A DNA stretch of 63,773 nucleotides, filler included, from Folioceros fuciformis (GCA_049999805.1; 13 parts of 13 records of this genome joined end to end with filler, not necessarily neighbours in it), one strand, 5' to 3'. Positions 37,240 to 50,700 are shown, numbered from the whole stretch's first letter. Program-made: numbers and translations. The notes: generated from the sequence alone by a model not told the origin.

Positions 37240-39462
37240 GGACGTGTGACAAGGAAGGTTCATAAGTACGTTGTTATGTAGCACGGTCACGCTTTTATCC
37301 TGCTTGCTCTTTGTAGGATCGCTCTAGGAGCTACATGGTGAAGGAGGAGAAGAGGAGACAAGAAGGAGAGGAGAAAGAGAGGTCACACTGTCACAATGAG
37401 TCTCTCAATAGCAAGGGAGCTGAAAGGGGTATTTATACCTCTAGAAGAGCTCCCTAGGAAGCTTCACAAGAACTGCACAGAAAGCTGCGCAAGAAGCTTC
37501 CTACATATTAGCTTAAGCTAATCTAAACTAATGATACTTAATTAGACACTAATCTTAGACTAAACGCATTAGTCTAAGCACATTGGGCTTTAATAACCCT
37601 ACAACCTCCCCCTTAAAGGCCAATTTACCTTCATAGGAGAGCGGTCTACCTCATGCTCATGAGTGTCCGAGCTTGTGCGAATTGCTCCGAAGAGAGCCCC
37701 TTGGTAAGAACATCTGCAGGGTTCTGACTAGTGTGAACTTTCACAAGTTGTACCCTCTTGTCTTCCACCACCTCTCGAATGAAGTGATACGTCACTTTCA
37801 CATCTTTGGTCTTCGCATGAAACACTGGATTCTTCGCCAATTGGATAGCACTCTCGCTATCACGATGCAAAACTGGCAGCTCAACCTTGATTTCCAAACC
37901 TCCCACTAAACGAGCAAGCCACATGGCTTCCTTGCAAGCCTCAGTCGCTGCAACATACTCGGCCTCTGTGGTAGATTGCGCTATGCACGATTGCAAACGA
38001 GATCGCCATGAGACTGCCTTTCCAGTGCACATGAAGACATAACCTGATGTGGACCTCCTTTTGTCCATATCCCCTGCATAATCAGCATCCGTATATCCCA
38101 CTACAAATGCATCTTCACTACCAAAACATAAGCACCAAGCTTTCGTACCATTCAAGTACCTCATAACTCCTTTCACTGCCTCCCAATGCTTCCTACCACG
38201 GTTTGACATAAACCTGCTAACCACTCCCACTGCAAAGGCAATGTCAGGACGTGTAGCAATCATTGCATACATCAAACTCCCTACAGCTGATGAGTATGGA
38301 ACCTTCTCTATTTCAGCTTTGTCCTCTGTAGAACTTGGGCAATCCTTGCTCGACAGTTTCACACATGGAGGCAACGCAGTACTCAATATCTTCCCCTTCT
38401 TCATATTGAAACGTTGAAGCACCTTGTTAATGTATTCATCTGAGACAAGTAAAGCACATGCTTCTGTTTGTCTCGACGAATACGCATGCCAAAAATATGG
38501 CTTGCCTCTCCCAAGTCTGTCATGTCAAAGCGACCATTCAACTTTGACTTCAACACTGAAATCTCATTACTGTTAGTCCCAACAATTAGCATATCATCCA
38601 CATAGAGGACCAGAATGAGCAAGCTTCCATCCTTAGCTTGCTTCGTATAGAGGCAATGATCCTGATCGCTACACTTGTAGCCTTGAAAAAGCATAAATGA
38701 GTGGAACTTGAAATACCACTCCCTGGTGCCTGCTTCAAACCATAAAGGCTCTTCTTTAACCTGCACACCATATTCTCTTTCCCCTTCTCAATGAAACCCT
38801 TTGGTTGCTGCATGTATACCTCTTCCTGGAGATCACCATGCAGAAATGCCGACTTCACATCCATTTGGACAAGTTCCATGTCGTTCCTTGCAACTAGACC
38901 AAGAACACATCGCAAGGTGGTCATTTTGACAACTGGTGAGAAAATCTCATCAAAGTCAATACCTTGCTGTTGCTTAAAACCCTTAGCAACCAATCGTGCC
39001 TTGTACTTGGGTTTGCCATAATGGGGTATGTCCTTCATCTTATACACTCATTTGCATGGCAACGCCGTCTTGCTCTTAGGCAACCGAACCAACTCCCAAG
39101 TTTGGTTCTTGTGGAGCGAATCCATGTGCGACTGCATCGCCTTCTCCTACTTTTCCTTGTCAGTCACTGACATGGCCTCTTGGTAACAAGAGGGCTCCCC
39201 ACAATCCGTCAGCATGATATAATCAAGAGATGCAACATACCTGTCAGGAGGACGTGAAGATCCTTCCTGACCTACGAAGCACTGGCGCCTCGACCGGAGC
39301 TGGTTGCACTCTCTCCACTTGTATAAGTGGAGGAACTTGTTCCTGCACATCACGATGTTCAACCTGCGCGGGGCAGTCAAATCCATCTTCTTGAAAGACC
39401 ACCTGTCGCACCTCCACAGTTGGAGTAGGCTTCTTGTGCATCTTGGTCTCATTGAAGAACAC
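37240..39462 (-). mobile_element. Family B 3' half: integrase tail, RT, RNase H, PPT, 3' LTR
   Basis: [59 protein letters not shown] then LTR starting at 37603. Confidence 0.93.
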
Positions 39463-40674
39463 CCTTGTGGGTGGACGAATCGGTGGCTGCAAGCCCAGGC
39501 AAGATTCAACAGGCCAGGTGACCGTAGGGCGGCTTCTGGGAGGCTGGGTTGTGGTGGCAAGGCAGCCGAATCTAGCCAACCAGCAGACGGGGTGGCTGGT
39601 CGAGGATGGGCTAGGGGCTGGCTGGGCAGGAAGCAGCCTGCCCGAGACGGCGGCTGGCAGTCCTGTTCGGCTTCAGGCAGGCAAGTAGCCGCTGCAAGCG
39701 CCAAACCTGACCAGGCAACAACAAGACAGTGGGAGCTGGATCAGCGACTGTTGTGGGGGGAACAGCTAGCCCGGCTTGCTGGCGGCTGGTCGGCCGGGCC
39801 AGCAGCAGCCGGGTGGGGGACAGTAGGTAGGCTGCCGGGGTCAGGCGATCCAGGAGCCGGGCCGATCCACAGGGGTAGACCGGGACGAAGGCAGGCGGGC
39901 CAGCAAGCTGGTTGCCTGGATGGGACGGTCATGGCAGGTGGCCGGCCAGATTCGGGAGGGCAGGCCAGCCTGGAGGGTGGCTGGGCTAGTGGAGGCCTGG
40001 CAATGCGACCAGCTGGGCTGACCAGCTGGATGCGGCTGCGGGCGAACTAGTGGTGGGCAGATCCGACCAAGCAGCCAACCCGGCCCAGCAGCAGCAAGGC
40101 CGGGGGAGGACTGATAGCTAGATCTCGAGGCCGAAGACCAGCTAGCGGTCTCTCGCCAGTCGGCCTGGGCAAGTAGGTGACTGCCAGAGGAATCGAGCAA
40201 GCGGGCAGGCTGGTTGGGGGACGGCTGGAGGCAGGCAGCCTGGTCCGGCGCAGGTAGGCAGCTCGGACCGGCCTACCAGCTGCAGGCTGCCAGCAGCACG
40301 GACAGCGACATGCGGCCTGGCCGGTAGGTGAATCCGATAAGGCTATCGGGCGTGAGTCGGGGGCAATCGGCGGGGGGCTCTCAGCAGCCCAGCAGTGGCA
40401 CCGGATCCAGGCCAGGGAGCGGTGTTAGATCCGGACGGCCGGGGCCGGATCCGAAAGCTAGCCCTAGGTAGGCATGGTGGGTTGGATTTAGCCAGCCTGG
40501 CTCCAGCTAGAGTCGGCCAGACAGGCAGCTAGAGGCGGCGCTGGGTCCAAGCCAGGCGAGCCTCGGGCTGATCCAGGCCGTGCTGGCTGGCAGGTGAGGC
40601 TTAGGTGAGGCGGCGGCTGGCCGGAGGGGGGCATGGCCGGCTGGTGGAGGCCTTGCAAGCGGATCCAGGCCAAG
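39463..40674. repeat. GC-rich low-complexity repeat, probably LTR-element interior
   Basis: gcagccgg/ggctgg/gatcc-rich tract of similar composition to 61600-62444; its ORFs are not protein-like. Confidence 0.5.
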
Positions 40675-41988
40675 TGTGAGGCAAAACCTCGGGCACTGAT
40701 TGCCAACGGGTTCCACCTTTAGTAGCCACACTTATTTCACTATCGTTGAGATATTGGGTTTCGTTCCCACAAAGGAGCGATGGGGTTCCTTGTTGCTGTG
40801 GATGGAGGATCGGACTTGATCGACTCGATGATGGATTTGAGGGCTCCCCTCTAGCTCCGATCAGGAGTAGGACAGGCCTCGCTGTCCGGGGGTCAGCTGC
40901 ACCTCTCTCGGTGCCCACAAACTCACTCCAGTCACAACAATGACCCTAACCTCTTAGATCTGCGACTTCCCTCACTCACTTCACTCACTCTCTCACTCCA
41001 GCACCAACACCAGCAACTAACAATGACACCACTACCTTCTACACTTCCCTGCTGACTCCTCCTACTCGGCAAGAGTCACTAGACTAATCCCAAAGAAAAG
41101 AAAGAAGGGAACACACTCCCCTCTTGGATATCTCCCCCCTACAACCTTACCAGACGCCATGAAACATGGCCGGCCTACAACACTTGTCCAAGCAAGGAAC
41201 AAGAGTGGACAGGTCGAGAGAAACACACATCCTTTACAATCAAGAGCTTGGGGCAAGCCCCTTCACCCTGGTCATTACACCTTGTGATCCTACGAGACAC
41301 TATACAACAGGCAACACGCTGCCCGCGATCCTACCAGACACTCTACAGCCGGCAACATGCGGCTTGCGATCCTACCAGACGTTGCACAGCCGGCAACACA
41401 CTGCAGGTCCTAAACCAAGCAGGGACAAACCACAAGAGCTCATGAAGAGAGGACCTCCAAGAGCTCACGAAGGGATAGACTGACTCCCAAAGTGAATGAC
41501 TCCCTCCTCCTAAAGGCTCACCTGATCTTATAGGAGCCTCTCTCTCTCTCTGACTTCACCTCTCTCTAACTTGAGAAATATTATTTTAATAGCTTAGCCG
41601 GCTATCACCAGCCACTTATTTAGACTTCTAGCAAATCCTGCCACCAATGAGCTCCTGGCCCTACCACCACAAGGATCTACCACCTCTTAGACTATCCTGA
41701 GACTTCGGAGGATGTATGATCTTCAAAGATCTGCGGACGCCGCCTCTTCCTTGCTGGGTGGCCACCCGCTAAGTCTTCCCCTGCAATTGTTCACCCTTGG
41801 TGGCTGAGCCAGCCTCCAGGGGAGGAGTATGAGAAGTGGGAAAGATAGAGAGGAGGTGGGAGGCAATGGGATCAGCAGCTGAAACCTGGCCTGAAAACGG
41901 TAGCTTATTTAGTGGGATCAGCTTCCAGCCGAAATGGTTCCTCGGCCATGGAAGACTGACCCCGAGGTGCTGGAATAGGCCCCGAACT
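40675..41988 (+). mobile_element. LTR-like repeat (family H)
   Basis: Starts TGTGAGGCAAAACC; the first 310 bp match 52334-52645 in reverse. Confidence 0.7.
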
Positions 41989-42088
41989 NNNNNNNNNNNN
42001 NNNNNNNNNNNNNNNNNNNNNNNNNNNNNNNNTTAATTAATTAANNNNNNNNNNNNNNNNNNNNNNNNNNNNNNNNNNNNNNNNNNNN

Positions 42089-43233
42089 CGACGGTCTCGA
42101 ATTGTCCGCCGCCACCAGCTCATCAGCAACTTCTACGAGCTTCTGGCTGCCTAAAGCGATGTCCACGTTCTGCGAAGTGATGGCCTCTTCTTGAGCCCAG
42201 ATCTGGGTGCCGGCGAGGGTGAGCAAGAAGGCTGCTTGCGTGTTGCTCGGAGACCCAGCGAGCAGCTTGTTGGCAACCTGCCGCACACACCAAGTTATAT
42301 CAGACGAGCATTCACTACTGCTCCAACACAGTGGCAGAAGAGGAACCGCGGCGTACCGAGATAATCCGCGCTCGGGCTTGTGAGATTGTCTTCAGAGTCG
42401 TGAGAGCACTCAACACTCTCTTCTCCAAATCCTTGGCAATATGGGAGAATTCCTTCAAGGTCCCGGCCTTGCTCCCGATTGCCTGGCTCAGTGCCCCGGC
42501 CTGGATGGTCGCTGCCTTTACCTTCTCGGGTAGGGGACTGACCAGGCTTTGCAAAGACGCCAGCGCCTCGGAAATGTTGGCAACCGCGTAAGCAAGAGTC
42601 TTGGCGTCCTTCCCGACGAGGCCTCCACTCACTGTCTTCACCTGTGCAACGGCCTGCGAGATGGGCCCGTCTGGACTAACCGTGGAGCACAATGAGCGCG
42701 CTGCAGAACAGATTTTCTGTAGGCTGGCCTGGATCAACGCCACTCCCTGAGAAGCTATCGGGCCCAACACCTGCACGAGATCACCCACTCCAAGTCGTCA
42801 ATCGACATGCTGGCAACGGAAACTAGAAAACAGAAGCCTATCTCGCCGCTCAGGGTCTCACTGACCGAACCCGGCTTGGTTGCAATCTCACCACTGAGAC
42901 ATCTGGAATTCACCCACACTGTACCTGGAATCCCGAATTGACGACAGTGACATTGGCGCCCTGGGTGGGCGTCGGGGCCTCTGCCAGGGTGTAGTTGGCA
43001 AAGATGCAGACCAAACCGGACTCGGTGCCTAGCTTGAACCTGGCCGTGCTGCCAACCTCGTACCACTTGCCGACGTACGCAGAGAGGTCGAAGTTCCGCA
43101 CGGTCGGGGGATTCGGGCACGTAGTGGCCTTGTATGAGGCCGAACAGCTTGCGGTGGCATAGCCTCCCCCAGGTGCAACCGATAGCACCAGGAACGCGAG
43201 GACCGGCCACCAGGCAGCCTGTGTACTCGCCAT
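42089..43233 (-). CDS. Secreted ApoD-like lipocalin with long helical segment; exons 43233-42925, 42770-42357, 42277-<42089; 3' end in gap
   Basis: Hydrophobic signal peptide; CPNPPTVRNFDLSAYVGKWYEV (SCR1); CIFANY; NVTVVN; two phase-0 GT-AG introns keep 304 codons open to the gap. Confidence 0.82.
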
Positions 43234-43828
43234 CGTTTAGATCTCCAGTTGTTTTGCGAGGCAGCTGCACTCCCTTTATGCGAATGGACACGCCATCGTG
43301 GGACCACATCTCCGAACGGGAAGTTGCTGCGACGGTTCCCTTTCGGTTTCCTGCAGGCTGCTGCCATTCGTCGAGCTCGTCCGGAGACGTTGCCAGAAAC
43401 GACGCGTGACGAAGTTTGGGACTCGGGAATCGGGAGGCCCACAACTGTAATGTGAACAGATATAAATTGCAGCCATTTGCCGGCGCTCTCTCTGGAAGAA
43501 GCGGTGGTGCGTCTTTTTAGTTGTTGAGGTGCATACGTTGGCCTCGGTGGACAACGACGAAGTCTTGTCTGTCCTTAAAACGGACACGAATCAGGCACGT
43601 CATGTCCTCGTCCGTCCGCCGCAAACGGCGGTGATACACACCAAAAGCACAGTCTGTCATACTAGAAGGCTTCAAGATAACGGGGTGCTTAATATTGTGT
43701 TTTGGCGAGGAGAAAGGTTTGATGTTCGAGACCCTGACTGGGGCTGGGGCTGGGGCTGCGGCTGCTGCAGGGCCTGGGGCTCCGTGTGATGATCGCATCC
43801 AGCCTCCAACGGGGCTGAGCTCTGGATC

Positions 43829-46018
43829 ATGGCGGCATCTGAGATTGCCGCATCGTTTCTCAAGTCGGTAGAGAATGCAGGGGAAGTGCAAAGCAAGCTG
43901 CTGGAGAGTCTGCTCCGCAAGAACGCGGACTGCGAGTACCTCCGAAGGCACGGGCTTAATGGCAGAACGGACTTGGAGTCCTTCCGCTCTTGTATTCCGG
44001 TGATCAATTACGATGCTGTAGCTGAAGACATTGAGCGGCTGATGCAAGATCACACTGCTCACATTCTTTGTTGCGAGCAGACTACTGAATTTTTTGTCAG
44101 GTGTGGGACTGCTCTTGAGCAAAGAGAGTGCGCAGGAGTCCTAGCCAGTGTTTCCATGTCCTTCTTGTTGAGGAAAGCATTTCCGGTAGCTCGTGCCTGA
44201 AGTAACGAATCTCTTGGTTACTGGTGTCACTGAGCAGTTCGGGAACATCCGCAGGCAAGCGCAAGACCTTCCCGGTTACTGCGTCTCAGCTCGAGGCCAT
44301 CGACCGTTACCTTTCCTACCTTGAAGTTTTTGAGCAGTAAGCTGTGACACCGAACCTTGCAACCTTGTACCTGGAGATATTATATTTCGGTTGAGGATAC
44401 ACATATTGTAGGGCTGGCTGGCTAGTAATTGCAACCCCGGCCTAGGATTGCAACTTGCTTGTGACGAAGAATGATGCATGCCGTGACATAACCGCATATC
44501 CTATTGTAAATGTGGCTCAGACAGGCAGATCGAGAAAGCGCAGTGATGGCTTCGGGCCCGCGAATGATGTTATATTCGGTTGCCAGACAGGCAAGCACTC
44601 CAGGTGGGCTGAAAGTAGAGACAGCAATATCTTCCCTTCTTAAAAGGAGATTTGGCAACGTATCAACGGACCTAGACTTGTCCAAGGAAATCACAAGTCC
44701 GATCGAGGTTATCCTGTGCGACGACTACGAACAGGCAACCTACTGTCATCTTGTCTGCGGATTGATCCGCTTCGCGCAGGTGAGTAGAATAAGTGTGCCA
44801 TTTGCTTCAGGACTGGCCAATATCTTCGGCAACTTCAAGCAGTGGTGGGAAGAAATATGCAGTGACATCGAACAAGGCAAGCTGAGCAGCCGTATCAAAG
44901 ATGCTGCCCTGCATGCATCCGTGTCTAAGCTGCTGGTGAACGTCGATAAAGATGTTGCTCGCTCTATCAGAAGGGAATGCAGTAAGGAGTCGTGGGAGGG
45001 CATCATACCTCGGATCTGGCCAAATGTGAGGCTGGTGACTTGCGCTACCACGGGCTCCATGGAGCAATACGTCGACCACATAGAGTTCCTCACTGGGGGT
45101 CAGATCCAAATTTTGTCGCAAATATATGCTGCATCAGAGGCCTACATGGGAATCAATACCAATTTCAATGTTCCTCCGAGGGAGGTCGCCTATACTCTAA
45201 TGGCGGACGTTGCTTACTTCGAGTTCCTTGATCTGGACGAGGAGCAGTCTGTGCAGAGTGTCCTCCAACCTATTGAGCTCGCAGCTGTGAAGGAGGGACG
45301 ACAGTATGAATTGGTGGTCACCAATTTCGCTGGTGAGTGAACGGTAAGGCTAACGATTCAGTCCTTCTCCGCCCCGTGAGCAGTGACTAAAGCATCTGCT
45401 TATCATCCATGGTTTCCATTGACCTCTGGTGCAGGATTGTGGAGATCCAGGATTGGGGACATCGTGAAATGCGTGGGATTTTACCACTCTACTCCCGTGG
45501 TCAGGATTATGGGTAGAAAGAACGTGATTCTGAGTATCAGCACGGACAAAACAGAGGAATTAGAGCTTATGCACGTGCTGATTGCTGCCGCCAAGCAGGA
45601 ACTCCCACCAGATGTCCAGCTGGTTGACTACAGCAGTGCGGCAAGCGTGGCCTCCGTCCCTGGCCATTACATTATTTTTTGGGAACTTATCCAGCCAGAT
45701 GGCCAGGCCGTGAGCATTGCCCAACTGGAGAAATGCTGCAAAGCAATCGAAGCGGGGCTGAGTGAGCCATACAGGAGAGGACGGAATATCGGGACAATTG
45801 CTCCTTTGGAGCTGCACCTTGTGGAGTCTGGATGCTTCCGGAAGCTGGCAGAGCGGATAGGGGCCACGCCGGGAGCGTCTACGTACCAGTACAAGACTCC
45901 CAGATGTGTGAAGGGAGGTACCCCTGTGTTGCAATTCCTGGAGGCGGCTGTTGTGCAAGTAGCATGGAGCCGGCACAATCCTCCACACCCTTATCTCAAT
46001 CCTGAGCGTACTGGTTGA
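43829..46018 (+). CDS. GH3: GH3 acyl-acid amido synthetase, 588 aa; exons 43829-44100, 44238-44336, 44521-45332, 45435-46018
   Basis: SSGTSAGKRK, TPGGL, TTGSMEQY, YAASE, YFEFL, TNFAGLWRSRIGD, PGHYIIFWE, QYKTPRCV; all splice phases consistent. Confidence 0.95.
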
Positions 46019-47026
46019 TTCTCTGGGACAACTCACGTCGAATCTAGGGACGCGTCCTCTTTGAGATGGTATTGTTGACAGAAGTCACCGAGCATATTCC
46101 GCAGGCGATGCGACCTGCTATCTGCTGACACTAAAGCCCAAATGTGGCACAAATCGTATGGGACACCTGAGTTGCACGTGGAACAAATCCTCTCCAGTAG
46201 TAGATATTACTTGAGTCCACACGAAAATTTTCAAAAATGCCTCAATTCCACGATTCACTATCTGACATCACAAAGCCCAAAATCACAATTCACCTGAGGT
46301 GCGTGGCAGAGCAGCATAACGCCGAGCTTGAACTGAGCTTGCCAAGCAAGATGAAAGAAGACGACAACCTCCCACGCAGATAACCAACTCTGACCCCTGC
46401 TTTTCCCCGTGACCTCTGTAGGCTTATCCATCCACTGACCTGGCATCGCCATCATAAAACGTATATATGTACTGGTTATTTAGATATTCTTAAACTTCAG
46501 AGGTTCACATCTCCATCGACTATGGCTCCGTATTGCCCCACATGTCATCACCAAAAGCAAAACTGCCTTCCTCCACTATGTTGCCTTGGTCGCTTTCGTG
46601 TATGAAGGTTCTCAGGGTCAGTGTAAGTATCACAGGTCTTATAAGGAGACCTACGGTAGGTGTCCCTACCTTAGGAGTCGGTGTCAATCTATTTGTCAAT
46701 CTACTTATTGTAAATCTACCTTCAACAAGTAGCCCTACCATAGGTCTTATTGTTACACCTATGGTAGGTCTCCCTGCTATAGGATTGGTCTAGGTTTTTC
46801 ACTCTGGATATCATGAATCTATAGTTTTGAATTTAATTAAAATATAATTATTTTCTATTATTGAAAAAGAGAAGTCCCATCTACTCCAAAGATTGGAGGA
46901 ACCCACCCTTGGATTAATTCTATTCTAATAGCCTACCTATCACTAGTGTCGAAGAAGCTACTTGATTTATGTTTATTGCTATTCTAAAAACTGCATTGAC
47001 CAATTCTCTTTGCAAAGTCATGGATG

Positions 47027-47256
47027 TGCATTGTCGAACAAAGGCCATGACAAAGAAAGAAAGAGACCACCATTTCTATGACTTTGATAAACTTTGGTGC
47101 TATTGAGAGCGAGTCTCAAGAACAAAGGGATAAAAATATGCATTGTTGAACGAAACCTTATGACAAAGAAAGAAAGAGAATACCATTTCTATGACTTTGA
47201 TAAACTGTGGTGCAACTATCTAGAGCGAGTCTCAAGATCAAGGGGATAAAAATATG
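47027..47256 (+). repeat. About 112-118 bp direct duplication
   Basis: tgcattgt.gaac...atgacaaagaaagaaagaga..ccatttctatgactttgataaact...gagcgagtctcaaga...ggataaaaata twice. Confidence 0.88.
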
Positions 47257-47398
47257 TTTGTCAGAGGATTTAATATGCCCATTTAATCTACATGGAGGNN
47301 NNNNNNNNNNNNNNNNNNNNNNNNNNNNNNNNNNNNNNNNNNTTAATTAATTAANNNNNNNNNNNNNNNNNNNNNNNNNNNNNNNNNNNNNNNNNNNN

Positions 47399-47726
47399 AG
47401 GAGAGATGCGCTGTATGACCAGATAGTTGACCTTCAGCAAAGGGTTCCCTGAAGGGCCTACATCCGTATCTGCCCCTAGAAGATGCGCATCTCGGCATGA
47501 TTCCAGAATTCCTCTAGGTGCATCAGCATGGCTCTGATACCATGTATAAGATGTGATCTAGGGAGTAGAATACAAATTAAATACTTTTGTTCACATGAGA
47601 ATGTCTTGCAATAATGATAAATGCCATCAACCACCCTTATTAAATAACTGCCTACTTGTCACGCGAAACGGTCTACCATCCACGCCGTTCTGCCGGCTGC
47701 ATCGTTTCATTTGGGTTTAATTAACA
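47399..47726 (-). mobile_element. 5' LTR (about 47543-47726) and tRNA-iMet PBS of another copia (K)
   Basis: TGGTATCAGAGCC at 47530-47542 abutting CA; outer LTR boundary uncertain. Confidence 0.7.
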
Positions 47727-47754
47727 TATTATATTTATGCCTAAATGCATTATA

Positions 47755-50700
47755 TATCGTGACAGAGCAAAAGCCTTGGAGCCAAAAACTCTGAGGTGTA
47801 ATAGACTAGGCTTACGATGCCATAATGCTTCGTATGGTGTCTTCAAGGTAAGAGAACTAGGTATTAATCTGTTTAGTATGTAAGTCGCAGAAACTATGGC
47901 TTCTGCCAAAAAAGTTTGTGGTAAACCTGCCCATAGTAACATGCTTCTTGTCATGGACAGGAGAGTTTGGTTCTTTCGTTCAACAACTCCGTTTTGTTGT
48001 GGGGTATGCGAAACAGTAAGTTGACGTTAGATTCCTCTTTCCTCTAGGAAGGAGTCAAAAACATGGTTCACAAATTTGGAACCATTATCAGTGCGAACAC
48101 ATTTCAGTTGCTTGCCAGTCTAGCGTTCAATCATCTGGAGCCATTCCTAAAAAATGGTAAAAGTATCACTTTTCAGGTGAATTGGGTACGTGCATGTATA
48201 TATGGAGAAATCATATGCGAAGCAAAGGTAATATATTGCTCCCCCTAATGAAGCAACTTGTATTTTGCCGGAAATGTCAGCATGGACTAATTCCAGGACT
48301 TCTGTAGCACAAGGAGATGCTGTCTGAGGAATGGGCAATTCCTTCTGCTTAGCCATAATACAAGCTTCACAAGGAGGTAGCTCCTTGAATACTTGAAAAA
48401 GACTTTCTTCGTGGCAATCCTCCAGAGACATGTCAAGTAACTTACGTTTGTTGACGTGCCCTAATCTTACATGCCATAGGACAGCAAGCTTCATTGATGG
48501 TTTTGTAACAACAGATACACTATGCTGTACAGCATAAATATCCAGTTTATACAATCCATGTTCTATCACACCTCTGAACACAGTGAATCAAGGTTTGTTT
48601 TTGTGATAGAACATAAAAATTCGGTTTGCAGCTTGCATCTCATACTGACTTGTTTGCATAAGTTTGCTTACGGAGAATAGGTTCTTAGCCATGGACGAGA
48701 CATATAGTACGTCCTCCATTGTAAGAATGGATCCATTATGTAAAATAAATTTACATGAACCACTCCCTTGTACAGATAGACTAGTTCTGTTGGTTTCATC
48801 ACCTAACAGAACTCTTTCATTATTATATGCAGCATTATACTCATAAAATTGTTTTTTATTCCTGAAGATATGTGAAGTTGCTCCAGAGTCCAGATACCAA
48901 ATATCCTCTGGAGGAAAGGTTCGGGCCAAGCATACTGTAAGGATCTTCATGGCTGGTTTAGTGTCACCTTAATTCTTCTGCTTGGCTGTTACTGCTGCAA
49001 CTGTCTTCTGTACACGCTAGGGCTCACCTGCCTTCTTTCTTCTACAGGCTCTTGTCCAATGCCCCGCAATCCCACAGTAGTGGCAACTACCAAGGTGTTT
49101 AACCGATTGAAGGGGCCTCATATTTTTGTTCATGGGCATTTTGGCCTTCCCCTTGAATGTCCTTTGGTTCATTGCTAGTATCCTCTCAGACTTACTATTA
49201 GGAGTGCCCTGAGAGAATACACGGCTTTGTTCCTCCTGATATAAAGCTCCAATCACGTTCTCTAACATGATTGTGCTTGTGCTCCCAGATGTTGTTGCCA
49301 TACTGGCTTGGCGAATTGGGCCATTTTGACTAGTTACAAATGATTGATAAGATGGAGGAAGTCTTGTCAGCAACTCGGCCACAGCATCAACTTCAGGCAT
49401 TGAGATGCCTGTTAATGAAGTTATCTGTGCCTTCAGAGTCCTGAATTTGCTGGTATATACAGCAACTTTGTCTCCTTCTTTCGTTCGTAAATTATAAAAT
49501 TCATGTTTGAGAGCACACAGCGTAAAGGACATTCTTAACCTGATATGCCTTCTCTAACTGATCCCATATCTCAAATACTTGTGTCATGAACTCAACTTCA
49601 GGAACCAAATCAGCATCTAGCCCAGCTATAAGAAGAGTGATTGCAATACCATTCAGCTTGTCCCATTCTGCTATCTTTTCAGCTGTTGGAGCTGGTATTG
49701 CATTCGGGTTTGGTTTCTTTACCGTACCATCTACTATACTCCAGACGTGTCTAGCGATTAGAGTTGCCCTCATACGTATCCGCCAAACAGGGTATTTTGT
49801 ACCATTAAAACGATCTTTTTCTTTCAGTTCTGAAGTATAGGTTGCTTTAGTTGGTATTGTGCTAGCCATACTAACATATGCTATTGGGTTCAAAGACAAG
49901 GTTTGTAAACTATGTATAATTGAATCCAACGCATTGACCAAACCAGTGGTCATAAATAGCTTCGGATGGGTAGTTCCCAGAATTATGTATCTAGCTACTT
50001 CGATAAGTAGGTTCTTTGGATCTAAGTTCTATTAGGTGATCTATCGAAAGGAGGCTCGAGAATAGCCAGGTAAGGTTGATGTTCAAAGGAGCTTCTATCT
50101 CATTTTTTTGTTTCTGTTATCAAGTTTCTTTCTTAAAGATTCACCATAAACGTGTAGGGTAACATGAAATAGGGTGTCGTTTCGTGAATAAACCCTAACT
50201 TCCTTACCATTTCGTGCAGGTTAGCAAGAGGAGATTTGGCTAAGTGGACCAATCAAAACAAAAAACGACACGAAGAGACTGAAGAGACCCAAAGGTATTT
50301 GTGTCACTTCAGATTTGACTTTTCAAAACTGTTGTTGTTGTCTACATCACCTGGTTCTTCCTGACCTGCCTGCATGGTTAGATCCTGTAATTGTATTATA
50401 ATTTCATTTAAATCACTTCGAATTTCGCAAGATTCAACATATATAAATTTCTCCACACAATTCCTAATATCTTGTATTCTGTTTTGAGTAATAGCAACTT
50501 GTGATATTAATTGTGATTGAAATTGTTGAATTCAATTTAGTTGTGAAAACAACACTGAAAATTGACCATATCCTCTTTTGTTGTGTGAGGTGATTGGTTA
50601 ATCCCTCCATACTCAGGGGATCTATTATGGGTCTTCAATCTATTGTATGGCTCATGGCTAGAGATGCCTTTTGCTGTCGTCGGGGTTTTCCTATCCCTTT

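Noticed and set aside
39147-40731. Long overlapping Ala/Gly/Pro-rich ORFs
   Set aside because: By-products of GC-rich repeat DNA with no domain motifs; the same applies at 55409-55987 and 61563-62496.
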